The notes under the pieces are model-generated. The model saw nothing but the letters and a program-made list of their open reading frames with translations. It searched no databases and was not told the DNA's origin. Source: an uncultured Clostridia bacterium (lineage in GTDB: Bacteria; Bacillota; Clostridia; Oscillospirales; CAG-272). Taken from it: a stretch of DNA of 57,743 nucleotides. This document shows, one piece after another, positions 47,495 through 56,419 of the stretch. Within the stretch, counting starts at the first letter, position 1, and every line of letters starts with the position of its first letter. The stretch covers positions 1 to 57,743 of the forward strand of contig CANQYV010000004.1 of NCBI GenBank assembly GCA_947628165.1. The letters run 5' to 3'. The position numbers and the translations under genes are program-made.

Positions 47495-48307
47495 ATGGTG
47501 AACAAGTTGAGCGAAGAAATGAGCGAAACATTACTTTTGAAGCGAGAGGTAGACGTCAAAGACGCGCCCGGAATTGTGATGAGCCCGGCTGTAAAACAGC
47601 CCGAACCGCAGACGGAAGTCTATTCAGGCTCGGCGTCGAAAGTTAAAAGCAGACCGATATATGCATTTGTAAAGTGTCTTGCGGACTTTGTGCTGTCGCT
47701 CGCAGCGAGTGTTGTCCTTATAATCCCGATGGCGGTGATTGCATTAATTATCTACATTAAAGACCCCGGCAACCCGTTCTACATGCAAACCCGCGTCGGA
47801 AAGAGCGGAAAGCCTCTCAGAATCCTGAAATTCAGGACGATGCGAAATGGTGCGGACAAGCTGGAGAATATGCTCACGTCAGAGCAGCTAGAAGAATACA
47901 AGCGCGAGTACAAGCTCGACGACGACCCGAGGTTGATCGGCTACAGGAAGCCGGGCTACGGCAAGACTTGTTTTGGCGCAAGACTAAGGCAGCTTTCGAT
48001 TGACGAGCTCCCGCAAATTGTATGGAATGTTTGCTTGAAAGGGAATATGTCCTTGGTCGGACCGCGACCGATCCTCCGAGAAGAGTTGGAAAGATATTAC
48101 ACTCCCGAGCAGCAAAAAGCGTTGTTGTCGGTGAAACCGGGACTGACCGGCTACTGGCAGGCGTATGCGAGGAACAACGCGAAGTACGACACTGGTGAAC
48201 GGCAGAAAATGGAGCTTTATTACATAGGACGGCGGTCTTTCTTAATGGATATAAAAATTATTTTAGCTACCGTATCAGCTGTAGTAAAGAAAAATGGAGC
48301 CAAGTAA
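47495..48307 (+). CDS. Priming glycosyl-1-phosphate transferase (Bac_transf family)
   Basis: KFRTM, DDPR, SIDELPQ, MSLVGPRP, VKPGLTGYWQ; exact start uncertain. Confidence 0.88.
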   Translation: MVNKLSEEMSETLLLKREVDVKDAPGIVMSPAVKQPEPQTEVYSGSASKVKSRPIYAFVKCLADFVLSLAASVVLIIPMAVIALIIYIKDPGNPFYMQTRVGKSGKPLRILKFRTMRNGADKLENMLTSEQLEEYKREYKLDDDPRLIGYRKPGYGKTCFGARLRQLSIDELPQIVWNVCLKGNMSLVGPRPILREELERYYTPEQQKALLSVKPGLTGYWQAYARNNAKYDTGERQKMELYYIGRRSFLMDIKIILATVSAVVKKNGAK

Positions 48308-48309
48308 TT

Positions 48310-48865
48310 ATGGATAGGAATACTTTAATAAAAATCAGGTGTTATTTGATTTTAAATCCGATTAAAAGAACAAAGTATCTTATTAAAAAGGGCGTATTCA
48401 ATTCTGTTGGAAAAAACTTTTATTTTTGTCCGAGAAAAATTCCGCAGGATCCGATGCTGATCAGATTTGGCGATAATGTCAAAGTAGCAACAGATGTGTT
48501 TTTTGTCACACATGACATTATTCATGATATGGTAAATGATATTGAGCCGCCTTTTTCAGACAATAAACTGAGCAAAGAATTCGGATGTATCGAAGTTAAG
48601 AATAATGTTTTTATTGGGGCAGGTTCTATAATTTTGCCTAACGTTACAATTGGCCCTGATGTAATAGTTGCTGCTGGCAGCGTAGTGACAAAATCATTTT
48701 CGGGGGGGGGTAATAATTGGCGGCAACCCTGCACGGGTGATTGGCAGTGTTGAAGATTTGATAAAGAAACGTATAGCGCAAAATCTTGAAAATCCACATT
48801 ATAACGATAGGTTCTTTGAAGCAAGACGTCTTTGGGCAATGTGGGATAATAAGGAAATTGAATAG
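48310..48865 (+). pseudogene. Hexapeptide-repeat O-acyltransferase, out of frame at a G9 tract
   Basis: GDNVKVA, FVTHD, NNVFIGAGSIILPNVTIGPDVIVAAGSVVTK; removing one G at 48702-10 restores GVIIGGNPARVIG...stop 48865 (184 aa). Confidence 0.8.
48702..48710 (+). repeat. G9 homopolymer (candidate slipped-strand switch)
   Basis: cGGGGGGGGGt in otherwise AT-rich DNA, exactly at the frameshift. Confidence 0.85.
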
Positions 48866-48905
48866 TTTAGGCACATCTGAGCACTGCAGCGAGGGAGGAG
48901 AGATT

Positions 48906-50075
48906 ACGAACAAAGGCAAGCTTAGAAACAGAATTGCTTATATATTAAAACATAATAAGGCGTTGTTGACTATATATAAAACGACAATGAGTGCAGCAAT
49001 CAAAACGCTAGGGATATTTGTCAAGCGTGATGACTTTCTCGTTCTGTTTGTTTCATATAGCGGAAAAAAGTTTGATGACAGCCCACTGGTGTTGTTTGAA
49101 GCCATGAAAGCCGATCAACGATTCAAAGATTTTCATTTTGTATGGGCTTTTGAAGAACCTACAAAGTTTAAAGTTGAAAATGCAGATACAGTAAAAATAG
49201 ATTCTTTAAAATATTTTATAACAGCTTTAAAGGCAAAAATATGGATAACAAATGTAAATATAGAACGCGGTTTGAGTTTCAAAAAGGAAGGGACAATTCT
49301 TTTAAATTCTTGGCATGGGACAGGCCCAAAAAAGAACGGAAATGCCATTAAATCGAGAAATGACTACGATTTTTCAAACGTAGATATTTTTTGTTGCGAC
49401 GGCGAATACACAAAGAATCACTTTGTAAAGTGGTTTAATGCCCGAGAATCCTCTATGCTGTGGTGCGGAAGACCGCGCGAAGATGAACTTTTTGAATTTA
49501 CGGATGCAGATACGATTAGAATCAGAAAAAAGCTGAATATTCCCGATGAAAAGCAGGTTCTATTGTATATGCCTACATGGAGAGACTATGAGAATCAGGA
49601 TGCTGACTACTCTTTATGGGAAAAGAGGCTAGGCGATAAATACGTTCTTTTGTGCAGAACTCACCACTTTGATATGAAAGTGAAAAGCGTTGAAAATTCA
49701 AACGGATTTTTCATTGATGTTACAACATATCCCAATGTCAATGAACTGTATTGGGTGGCTGATATATTGATATCAGATTATTCCAGCGCTTTTTTTGACT
49801 TTGGCCTTTTAGGAAAACCGATGTTTTGTTTTGCAAACGACTACGATAAATTTGCCTCCGTTACAGGGCTGTTTATAGATTTAAGATCTGAGTTTCCAAA
49901 CGGTATAATGGAATCTGATGAGGATTTGATTTCTTCCATATGCAAAATGGACTATGACAGAGAGTGTGAGAAGATTAAACAATATGTGGCAAAATATGTA
50001 TCGCATCCCATGAACGCAACACAAGCATGTTTAGATAGAATTTATGAATTACTGTATAGAACCAATGACTTATGA
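48906..50075 (+). CDS. CDP-glycerol/ribitol polyol-phosphate transferase (TagF/TagB family)
   Basis: WHGT..KK, G.PR.D, YMPTWR, R.H, SDYSS..FDF; start uncertain (GGAGGAG RBS precedes ATT-ACG). Confidence 0.85.
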   Translation, partial: TNKGKLRNRIAYILKHNKALLTIYKTTMSAAIKTLGIFVKRDDFLVLFVSYSGKKFDDSPLVLFEAMKADQRFKDFHFVWAFEEPTKFKVENADTVKIDSLKYFITALKAKIWITNVNIERGLSFKKEGTILLNSWHGTGPKKNGNAIKSRNDYDFSNVDIFCCDGEYTKNHFVKWFNARESSMLWCGRPREDELFEFTDADTIRIRKKLNIPDEKQVLLYMPTWRDYENQDADYSLWEKRLGDKYVLLCRTHHFDMKVKSVENSNGFFIDVTTYPNVNELYWVADILISDYSSAFFDFGLLGKPMFCFANDYDKFASVTGLFIDLRSEFPNGIMESDEDLISSICKMDYDRECEKIKQYVAKYVSHPMNATQACLDRIYELLYRTNDL

Positions 50076-50327
50076 TGTGGGGGTAATTCTCTCGCTAATC
50101 AGTGTTGGCACATGTATTGATTTTGGTTTGACCAGGCAATAACACACAAATGTTTTTACAGAGAAATGGTGTGTGCCGAATTCAATCCGGAACTCTATCT
50201 TGACTCGCCGCGAGCATCTTTTAGATGGAAAATATGATGTGCGAAAATAATATGGTGGATGATAAACGATATATACGATCACCTCACAGACTCATACAGG
50301 ATAACAATAAAAAGACGGTGAACTCAT

Positions 50328-50786
50328 ATGAAAATTGCAATAGGCAACGACAGACAAGGGCTGCTTTTGAAAAGAGATTTGCTGATTTGGCTGAGTGAAA
50401 AGGGGCACAACTTAACGGATGTCGGAACAAATGAAGATGGTCCATGCGATTACCCGATATTTGCAGAGAGCGTTGCAAGCCTTGTATCAAACGGCACATG
50501 CGAAAGAGGGATTGTTATCTGTGCCACGGGCGTCGGCATATCCATTGCAGCAAATAAAGTTGCCGGAATTCGCTGCGGTTTGGCGTATGATGATGAAGTG
50601 ACAAAACTTATGAGGCAGCACAATGACGTAAACATGATTGCTTTCGGTCAAAGGTTTATGTCTTTGGAAGATGTCAAGAGAAGACTGGAAATTTTTCTGA
50701 ATACCGATTTTTTGGGAGGATATCATCAGGAAAGAATAACTCTTATCTCTCAAATAGAAGAGAAGCAGAGAGGCATGAAGCAGTGA
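50328..50786 (+). CDS. rpiB: RpiB/LacAB sugar-phosphate isomerase
   Basis: IAIGND, DYP, ICATGVG.SIAANKV.GIR, RQHND.N, F.GG.H..R. Confidence 0.85.
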   Translation: MKIAIGNDRQGLLLKRDLLIWLSEKGHNLTDVGTNEDGPCDYPIFAESVASLVSNGTCERGIVICATGVGISIAANKVAGIRCGLAYDDEVTKLMRQHNDVNMIAFGQRFMSLEDVKRRLEIFLNTDFLGGYHQERITLISQIEEKQRGMKQ

Positions 50787-51496
50787 AGGTAAGAGTTGTA
50801 ATACTTGCCGGAGGAACCGGCAGTAGAATGAAAACAGATTTGCCTAAGCAATTTATTGAAGTAGACGGCGTTCCGGTGATTGTAAATACAATAAACAACT
50901 TTCAGAATAACAATCGCATTGATAGCATTACGGTAGTATGTCTGAAAGATTGGAGTGGCTATCTACAGGAGCTTATTGCAAAATATCGGTTGGACAAGGT
51001 TATCAGCATTGTAGCGGGCGGAGATACGGGACACGATTCCGCAAAAAACGGAGTTATGTCTTTAGAAAAAACGATGGATGAAGATGATATTGTTGTAATT
51101 CATGACGCAGCGCGCCCGCTTATTTCTCAGGTGATTATCAATGATATGTTAGACACGGCAATTAAATACGGAAACGCCTGCACTGCAATACCTATTCACG
51201 ACACTATTATTGTCACTGACGATCAGCAGTCGGGCAATACACAAATTGAGCGTAATAAAATAATGAGAGTGCAAACTCCGCAGGCATACAGATTCGGTCT
51301 CATCAAAGCACTTTATCAGCGAGCCGATGAAGAAAACAAACACGATTTTATATATGCCAATACCATGGCTATTACATACGGGGTTAGAATATATTTTTCC
51401 ACCGGATCTGATTGCAATATAAAGCTGACCACAAAGGAAGATTTGGCTTATTACAAGGCGATGAAACAATTCAGCGAGGAGGAACGCAGCAAATGA
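50783..51496 (+). CDS. IspD/TarI family cytidylyltransferase
   Basis: LAGGTGSRM...PKQF, IHDAARP, QTPQ, NIKLTT.ED. Confidence 0.88.
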   Translation: MKVRVVILAGGTGSRMKTDLPKQFIEVDGVPVIVNTINNFQNNNRIDSITVVCLKDWSGYLQELIAKYRLDKVISIVAGGDTGHDSAKNGVMSLEKTMDEDDIVVIHDAARPLISQVIINDMLDTAIKYGNACTAIPIHDTIIVTDDQQSGNTQIERNKIMRVQTPQAYRFGLIKALYQRADEENKHDFIYANTMAITYGVRIYFSTGSDCNIKLTTKEDLAYYKAMKQFSEEERSK

Positions 51497-52524
51497 ACCT
51501 TTCGCCTATCGAAGCTAACGAGTTTAACAGATATACGGAACGGTATTCTTTTTTGCCATTTATAAAGAATAAAACTTTTCTTATTACCGGCAGTAACGGC
51601 ATGATCGGCTCCGGGATAATTAAGTGGCTTCTTTATGAAAATGCGGCTCACGGCGCTGACTGCCGTATTTTTGCGTCTACAAGACATCCTCAGAACAGGC
51701 CTGATTATCTTGAATCGGACGATAATGTTGTCATGTGTCAGTTTGGAATGGAAAATCAGGATGTCGAAACGGAAGAGATTGATTATATTATTCATACTGC
51801 TGCACCGACAGGGAGAAAGTATTTTATTACAAAGCCGGTGGAAACTCTTCGGGTCATAGTAGACGAAACCGAAAAAATGCTGGATTTGGCCAAAGAAAAA
51901 AACGCGCAAATGGTTTACTTATCGTCCGTAGAAGCCTACGGCATTCCGAACACAGATGCTCCAATTAAGGAGGACTATGTTGGCGCCGTGGACAGTTTGG
52001 ATATAAGAAACGGATATCCGATGGGAAAGAAAGCTGCCGAATTTTTATGTTATGCGATGAGCAAAGAGTATGGCGTAAATGTTTGTATTGTCAGGCTTTC
52101 ATCTATACAAGGATTGCTTCAGCCTTATGATGAGCAAAGGATATTCAACGAAATTCTCAGATGTGTAATTGAAGGTAAAGATTTGATAATGAAATCCGAC
52201 GGGCTCAGCAAAAAGTCTATTGTATATTCTCTTGACGCTATCAGCGGTATTTTTACTGCATTGTTCAGAGGTGAGTCCGGCGAGGCGTACAATATCACAG
52301 ACCCGGCTACATATATGACGGTGCGCGATTTGGCATCGTATGTTTTTGAAAAGTTTAATCCTGATGTACATATTGTTTTCGATATAGAAGATACGTCGAA
52401 AACCGGGTATCTGCCGCATTTGGAATTTACTCAGGACATAATGAAGTTGCAAAAGCTGGGCTGGGGGCCGATTTCAAATTTGGAACATATATACAAAACA
52501 GATTTATCGAGATTCGGAGAATAA
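51493..52524 (+). CDS. NAD-dependent epimerase/reductase (extended SDR)
   Basis: ITGSNGMIG, IIHTAAP, SSVEAYG, YPMGK (YxxxK); ATG 51493 overlaps the tarI-like stop. Confidence 0.85.
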   Translation: MNLSPIEANEFNRYTERYSFLPFIKNKTFLITGSNGMIGSGIIKWLLYENAAHGADCRIFASTRHPQNRPDYLESDDNVVMCQFGMENQDVETEEIDYIIHTAAPTGRKYFITKPVETLRVIVDETEKMLDLAKEKNAQMVYLSSVEAYGIPNTDAPIKEDYVGAVDSLDIRNGYPMGKKAAEFLCYAMSKEYGVNVCIVRLSSIQGLLQPYDEQRIFNEILRCVIEGKDLIMKSDGLSKKSIVYSLDAISGIFTALFRGESGEAYNITDPATYMTVRDLASYVFEKFNPDVHIVFDIEDTSKTGYLPHLEFTQDIMKLQKLGWGPISNLEHIYKTDLSRFGE

Positions 52525-52527
52525 GAA

Positions 52528-54315
52528 ATGATATTGGATAAAGTCACGTCTCCCGCAGATTTAAAGAAGCTTCCTGCCGATAAACTTCCGGAGCTGGCTC
52601 GGGAAATCAGAGATGTTCTTATAAATAAAGCAAGTAACTTTGGCGGGCATTTGGGATCAAACCTTGGAGTTGTTGAGCTGACGATTGCACTTCACTATGT
52701 GTTTGATTCGCCAAAGGATAAAATTGTCTTTGATGTTTCTCATCAGTGCTATGTCCATAAAATACTGACCGGCAGAAAAGCAGCCTTTCTTGACGAAAAG
52801 CTTTATCGTAGCGTATCGGGCTATACAAATCCAAAGGAAAGCGAGCACGATATGTTCAATGTCGGACATACGTCCACTTCCATAAGCCTGGCGTGCGGTC
52901 TTGCAAAAGGCAGAGATATCTGCAAAAGAACCGAAAATATAATTGCAGTTATCGGCGACGCAGCTTTAGACGGAGGAGAGGCGTTCGAGGCTTTAAACTC
53001 TGCCGTTGAGGTGGGCGGAGGCCTTATTGTCGTTGTTAATGATAACGACATGTCAATACCGGAAAACCACGGAGCGCTTTGCAAACATCTTGCCGAACTT
53101 CGTAAGAATGAGGGCAAATGCGAGAACAACTTCTTTAAAGCGCTCGGATTTGATTATTATTTTGTAAAAGACGGACACAATATCGCAGAGTTGATTGAGG
53201 CTTTTACAAAGGTCAAGGATATTACACACCCAGTGATTGTTCATTGCGTTACGAAAAAAGGAAAAGGATATAGTTTTGCAGAAGATAATTCCGAAAAATG
53301 GCATTGGGCGCATCCCTTCAATATTGAAACAGGTGAGTTTTATAAAGGAACGGCGGTTCCCAAGGAAAACTACGGTTCCATTGTCGGGCAATATTTGATG
53401 CAAAAAATCAAAGATGATCCAAAGATCGTGGCTATGACGGCTTCTGTGCCAGCGTACATAGGGTTTAATTCCGAAAGAAGAAAGGAAGCCGGTAGTCAGT
53501 ATGTTGATGTCGGAATAGCAGAGGCTAACGGCGTTACCATGGCGGCAGCGATTGCAAAAAGCGGCGGAAAGCCGGTGTTTGTAACGGGAAGCTCGTTTTA
53601 TCAGCGAGCCTATGACCAAATAGAGCAGGAAATGTGTATAAACAGATGTGCTGCCACGATGCTTGTTGCATTTTCGGGTATTAACGGACATGACAGTGAC
53701 GCTCATGCAGGTTTATACGACATGGCTTTGTTAGGTAATATCCCCGGTTTGATTTATCTCGCTCCGTCCAATAAGCAAGAATATTTGGCGATGCTGGAGT
53801 GGAGCATTGAGCAAAATGAAAGCCCGGTAGCAATCCGAATCCCTTGGAACGGTGTTCATTATACAAATGAGCCTGTTCCGCCGGAGTATTCCAAAACGAA
53901 ATACATGGTCAGAAAGAGCGGGTCGCAAGTTGCAATTCTCGGTCTGGGAAGCTTTTATCAGCTGGCAGAGCAGGTTGCGGAGCTGATTAAAAAAGAAATG
54001 AAGATTGAACCAACGCTTATTGACCCGATGTTTATTACAGGTGTGGACGAGCCATTACTGGAAGATTTAAAATCCAATCACAAGCTGATAGTCACTTTGG
54101 AGGACGGCATCGTTTTAGGAGGCTTTGGCGCAAGAATTTCGCAATTTTACGGCGTCGATGATATGAAAGTGATAAATTGCGGCTTCCACACAGAGGTGCC
54201 GACACAGTTTACGGTTGAAGAAATGATGGAGAAAAACGGTCTTATGCCGGAGCAAATACTGCAAAGAGTTAAAGACATAGTCGGCGGCAATGAATCAACT
54301 GAGGAGAAGAAATGA
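52528..54315 (+). CDS. dxs: DXP synthase-like ThDP enzyme (short paralogue)
   Basis: GGHLGSNLGVVELT, DVSHQ.Y.HKILTGR, GHTSTS, GD..L.GG.AFEALN..NDN, DVGIAE, QRAYDQ, EDG...GGFG. Confidence 0.8.
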   Translation: MILDKVTSPADLKKLPADKLPELAREIRDVLINKASNFGGHLGSNLGVVELTIALHYVFDSPKDKIVFDVSHQCYVHKILTGRKAAFLDEKLYRSVSGYTNPKESEHDMFNVGHTSTSISLACGLAKGRDICKRTENIIAVIGDAALDGGEAFEALNSAVEVGGGLIVVVNDNDMSIPENHGALCKHLAELRKNEGKCENNFFKALGFDYYFVKDGHNIAELIEAFTKVKDITHPVIVHCVTKKGKGYSFAEDNSEKWHWAHPFNIETGEFYKGTAVPKENYGSIVGQYLMQKIKDDPKIVAMTASVPAYIGFNSERRKEAGSQYVDVGIAEANGVTMAAAIAKSGGKPVFVTGSSFYQRAYDQIEQEMCINRCAATMLVAFSGINGHDSDAHAGLYDMALLGNIPGLIYLAPSNKQEYLAMLEWSIEQNESPVAIRIPWNGVHYTNEPVPPEYSKTKYMVRKSGSQVAILGLGSFYQLAEQVAELIKKEMKIEPTLIDPMFITGVDEPLLEDLKSNHKLIVTLEDGIVLGGFGARISQFYGVDDMKVINCGFHTEVPTQFTVEEMMEKNGLMPEQILQRVKDIVGGNESTEEKK

Positions 54316-55289
54316 ATCCTTTAATCAGTTTAGTAATACCTGTCTACAACGTCGAAAAATATCTTGACAAGTGCATGAGTTCCGTCCTTGCGCAAACCTA
54401 TGATAACTTTGAGGTCATACTCGTCGACGACGGCTCGACCGACAACAGCGGCAAGATGTGCGATGAGTATGCGGAAAAGTATGGCAGAGTAACTGTTTAC
54501 CATAAGCCGAACGGTGGTCTTTCCGACGCGAGAAATTTCGGTGTGGAGCATTGCAATGCCGACTTGGTTTCATTTATTGATTCAGACGACTATGTAACCG
54601 AGGATTATCTTGAATACCTCTGGTATTTGATGAAGAAGTACAATGTGGATATTGCTTGCGCAACGGCAAAGAGAATTATCGAAACGGCGAAAATAAATAG
54701 GGACGATAACGACAGCGAGATACTTTTAGACTGCTCGGAGGCGATCAAAAGAATATGTTATACATCATGTAGTGCGTGTACGCGTCTTTACAAAAGACAA
54801 TTTCTTCTCACTCATCCGTATCCCAAAGGAAGATTATACGAGGATCTTGCGACCACATGTAAAATTTACGGAAGCAGTTCAAAAAGCGTATTCGGAGGGA
54901 AGACAATATACTATTGGGTTCAGCGGCAAGGAGGAATAACACATAGCGAGATTGATAAAAAACAGTATGATTTGTTTTGGTCTGCTGATGAACAGTTGAA
55001 TTATATTTCCGAAAACTTTCCGGCGTCGGAGAGTGCGTCACATGCAAGATGCGTTATGGCCGCATGTCATTTTGTTACACGACTCTTTAGCAGCAAAAGC
55101 AAGAACAGAAAGCAGCATTTTAAATACGCAAGAAGTTATGTTAAAAAGCATTTGAAATATATTGTACGAGACAGAAATACTCCAAAAAATATTATTATTT
55201 CCGGATTGACTATTTATATGGGCTATACAGCTTCAAAAATTCTATGGCCGGTCAGACAGAAAATTAGAAAGGCTATCAGGGGCATTTAA
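54312..55289 (+). CDS. GT2 glycosyltransferase
   Basis: IPVYNVE, DDGSTD, NGGLSDARN, FIDSDD, YED. Confidence 0.92.
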   Translation: MNPLISLVIPVYNVEKYLDKCMSSVLAQTYDNFEVILVDDGSTDNSGKMCDEYAEKYGRVTVYHKPNGGLSDARNFGVEHCNADLVSFIDSDDYVTEDYLEYLWYLMKKYNVDIACATAKRIIETAKINRDDNDSEILLDCSEAIKRICYTSCSACTRLYKRQFLLTHPYPKGRLYEDLATTCKIYGSSSKSVFGGKTIYYWVQRQGGITHSEIDKKQYDLFWSADEQLNYISENFPASESASHARCVMAACHFVTRLFSSKSKNRKQHFKYARSYVKKHLKYIVRDRNTPKNIIISGLTIYMGYTASKILWPVRQKIRKAIRGI

Positions 55290-55293
55290 CAAT

Positions 55294-56364
55294 ATGTGGA
55301 TATATTTCACTGCCACGTCGCTGTCGATTATGATAACATGGCTTGCTGTAAAAGCGCATAATGACAACAGGATAGCTAATTACAACAAAAATGTTATAAG
55401 CTCTGTTTTTGCGGTAATGTCATGTCTACCGCTTTTAATTGTTATGGCATTTAGAAAAGGGGTCGGCACAGACTATTGGAGCTATCAAATATGGTTTAGC
55501 TCAAGTAATCGGGGAGACTTGGAAATAGGATTTAAAACGTTGAACATTATTTTAAATTTTGTTTTTGGCGACCCTCAAAGTATTTATATTGTTTGTGCAG
55601 TTATAATATGCGGATTCTATTTTTATATGATTTACAAAGAGTCGGTATCTCCGATGTACAGTGTACTGCTTTTTGTAATATCGAAAGATTATTTTATAGC
55701 TATGAACGGCATGAGACAATATGTGGCTGGGACTATAGCTTTGATGGCTTTTCCGTATTTTAAAAAAAGAGATTGGAAGAAGTCACTACTTATTATTTTT
55801 ATTGCATCTTTATTTCATAAATCGGCTTTTATCTTTGTACTTTTGTATATTATTATTGACATTGACATAAATCCCGCTTGGGCAGTGGGTATATTTGCGG
55901 GATTAGTATTGTTTTCAAATACAATAAAGAGCGTTGTCTTCCCGATATTGATTAAAATTGGATTTTATTCTAAATATTTCTCAGAAACATCTCATTACAA
56001 CAACTCTGAAGGAGAGTTTAACTGGCATACCATACTGATATTTATGTGCTTTTTCATTCTGATTGCGTATGAATATAAAAAGGCCAAAGCAAATCAGAAT
56101 CTGAAATTAGTTTACAGTGCGGTTTTGATAAGTTTGTTTATTGCTTCAACAGGTTCTATTCTGCCTCTTAATGCGCATCGTTTGACGTGGTATATGAATT
56201 CAGTTCTTGTACTGTATATACCGGAGGTTACACGGTCTTTGAGCAACAAAAGGCTGAGAATGATCGTAGACACCATGATTATATTTGCATTTACGATGAC
56301 TACTTTAATTGACATCTTAAATGGCAATCAAGGAGTTCTTCCGTATAAAGCATTTTGGGATTAG
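55294..56364 (+). CDS. EpsG-family membrane protein (probable Wzy polymerase)
   Basis: About 10 TM segments; R..VGTDY..Y, EIGF, NGMRQ, FHKSA, PY at the C-terminus. Confidence 0.8.
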   Translation: MWIYFTATSLSIMITWLAVKAHNDNRIANYNKNVISSVFAVMSCLPLLIVMAFRKGVGTDYWSYQIWFSSSNRGDLEIGFKTLNIILNFVFGDPQSIYIVCAVIICGFYFYMIYKESVSPMYSVLLFVISKDYFIAMNGMRQYVAGTIALMAFPYFKKRDWKKSLLIIFIASLFHKSAFIFVLLYIIIDIDINPAWAVGIFAGLVLFSNTIKSVVFPILIKIGFYSKYFSETSHYNNSEGEFNWHTILIFMCFFILIAYEYKKAKANQNLKLVYSAVLISLFIASTGSILPLNAHRLTWYMNSVLVLYIPEVTRSLSNKRLRMIVDTMIIFAFTMTTLIDILNGNQGVLPYKAFWD

Positions 56365-56419
56365 CTTTTAATTTATAAAACAAACACGCGTAAAAACAAA
56401 GGAAGTGTTGGTGAAAAAA

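Noticed and set aside
48786-48905. TTG start and N-terminal extension of the TagF-like ORF
   Set aside because: Overlaps the true 3' end of the frameshifted acyltransferase; the RBS lies further downstream
50076-50327. Possible gene remnant between the tagF-like gene and rpiB
   Set aside because: No motif I can identify; needs tBLASTx
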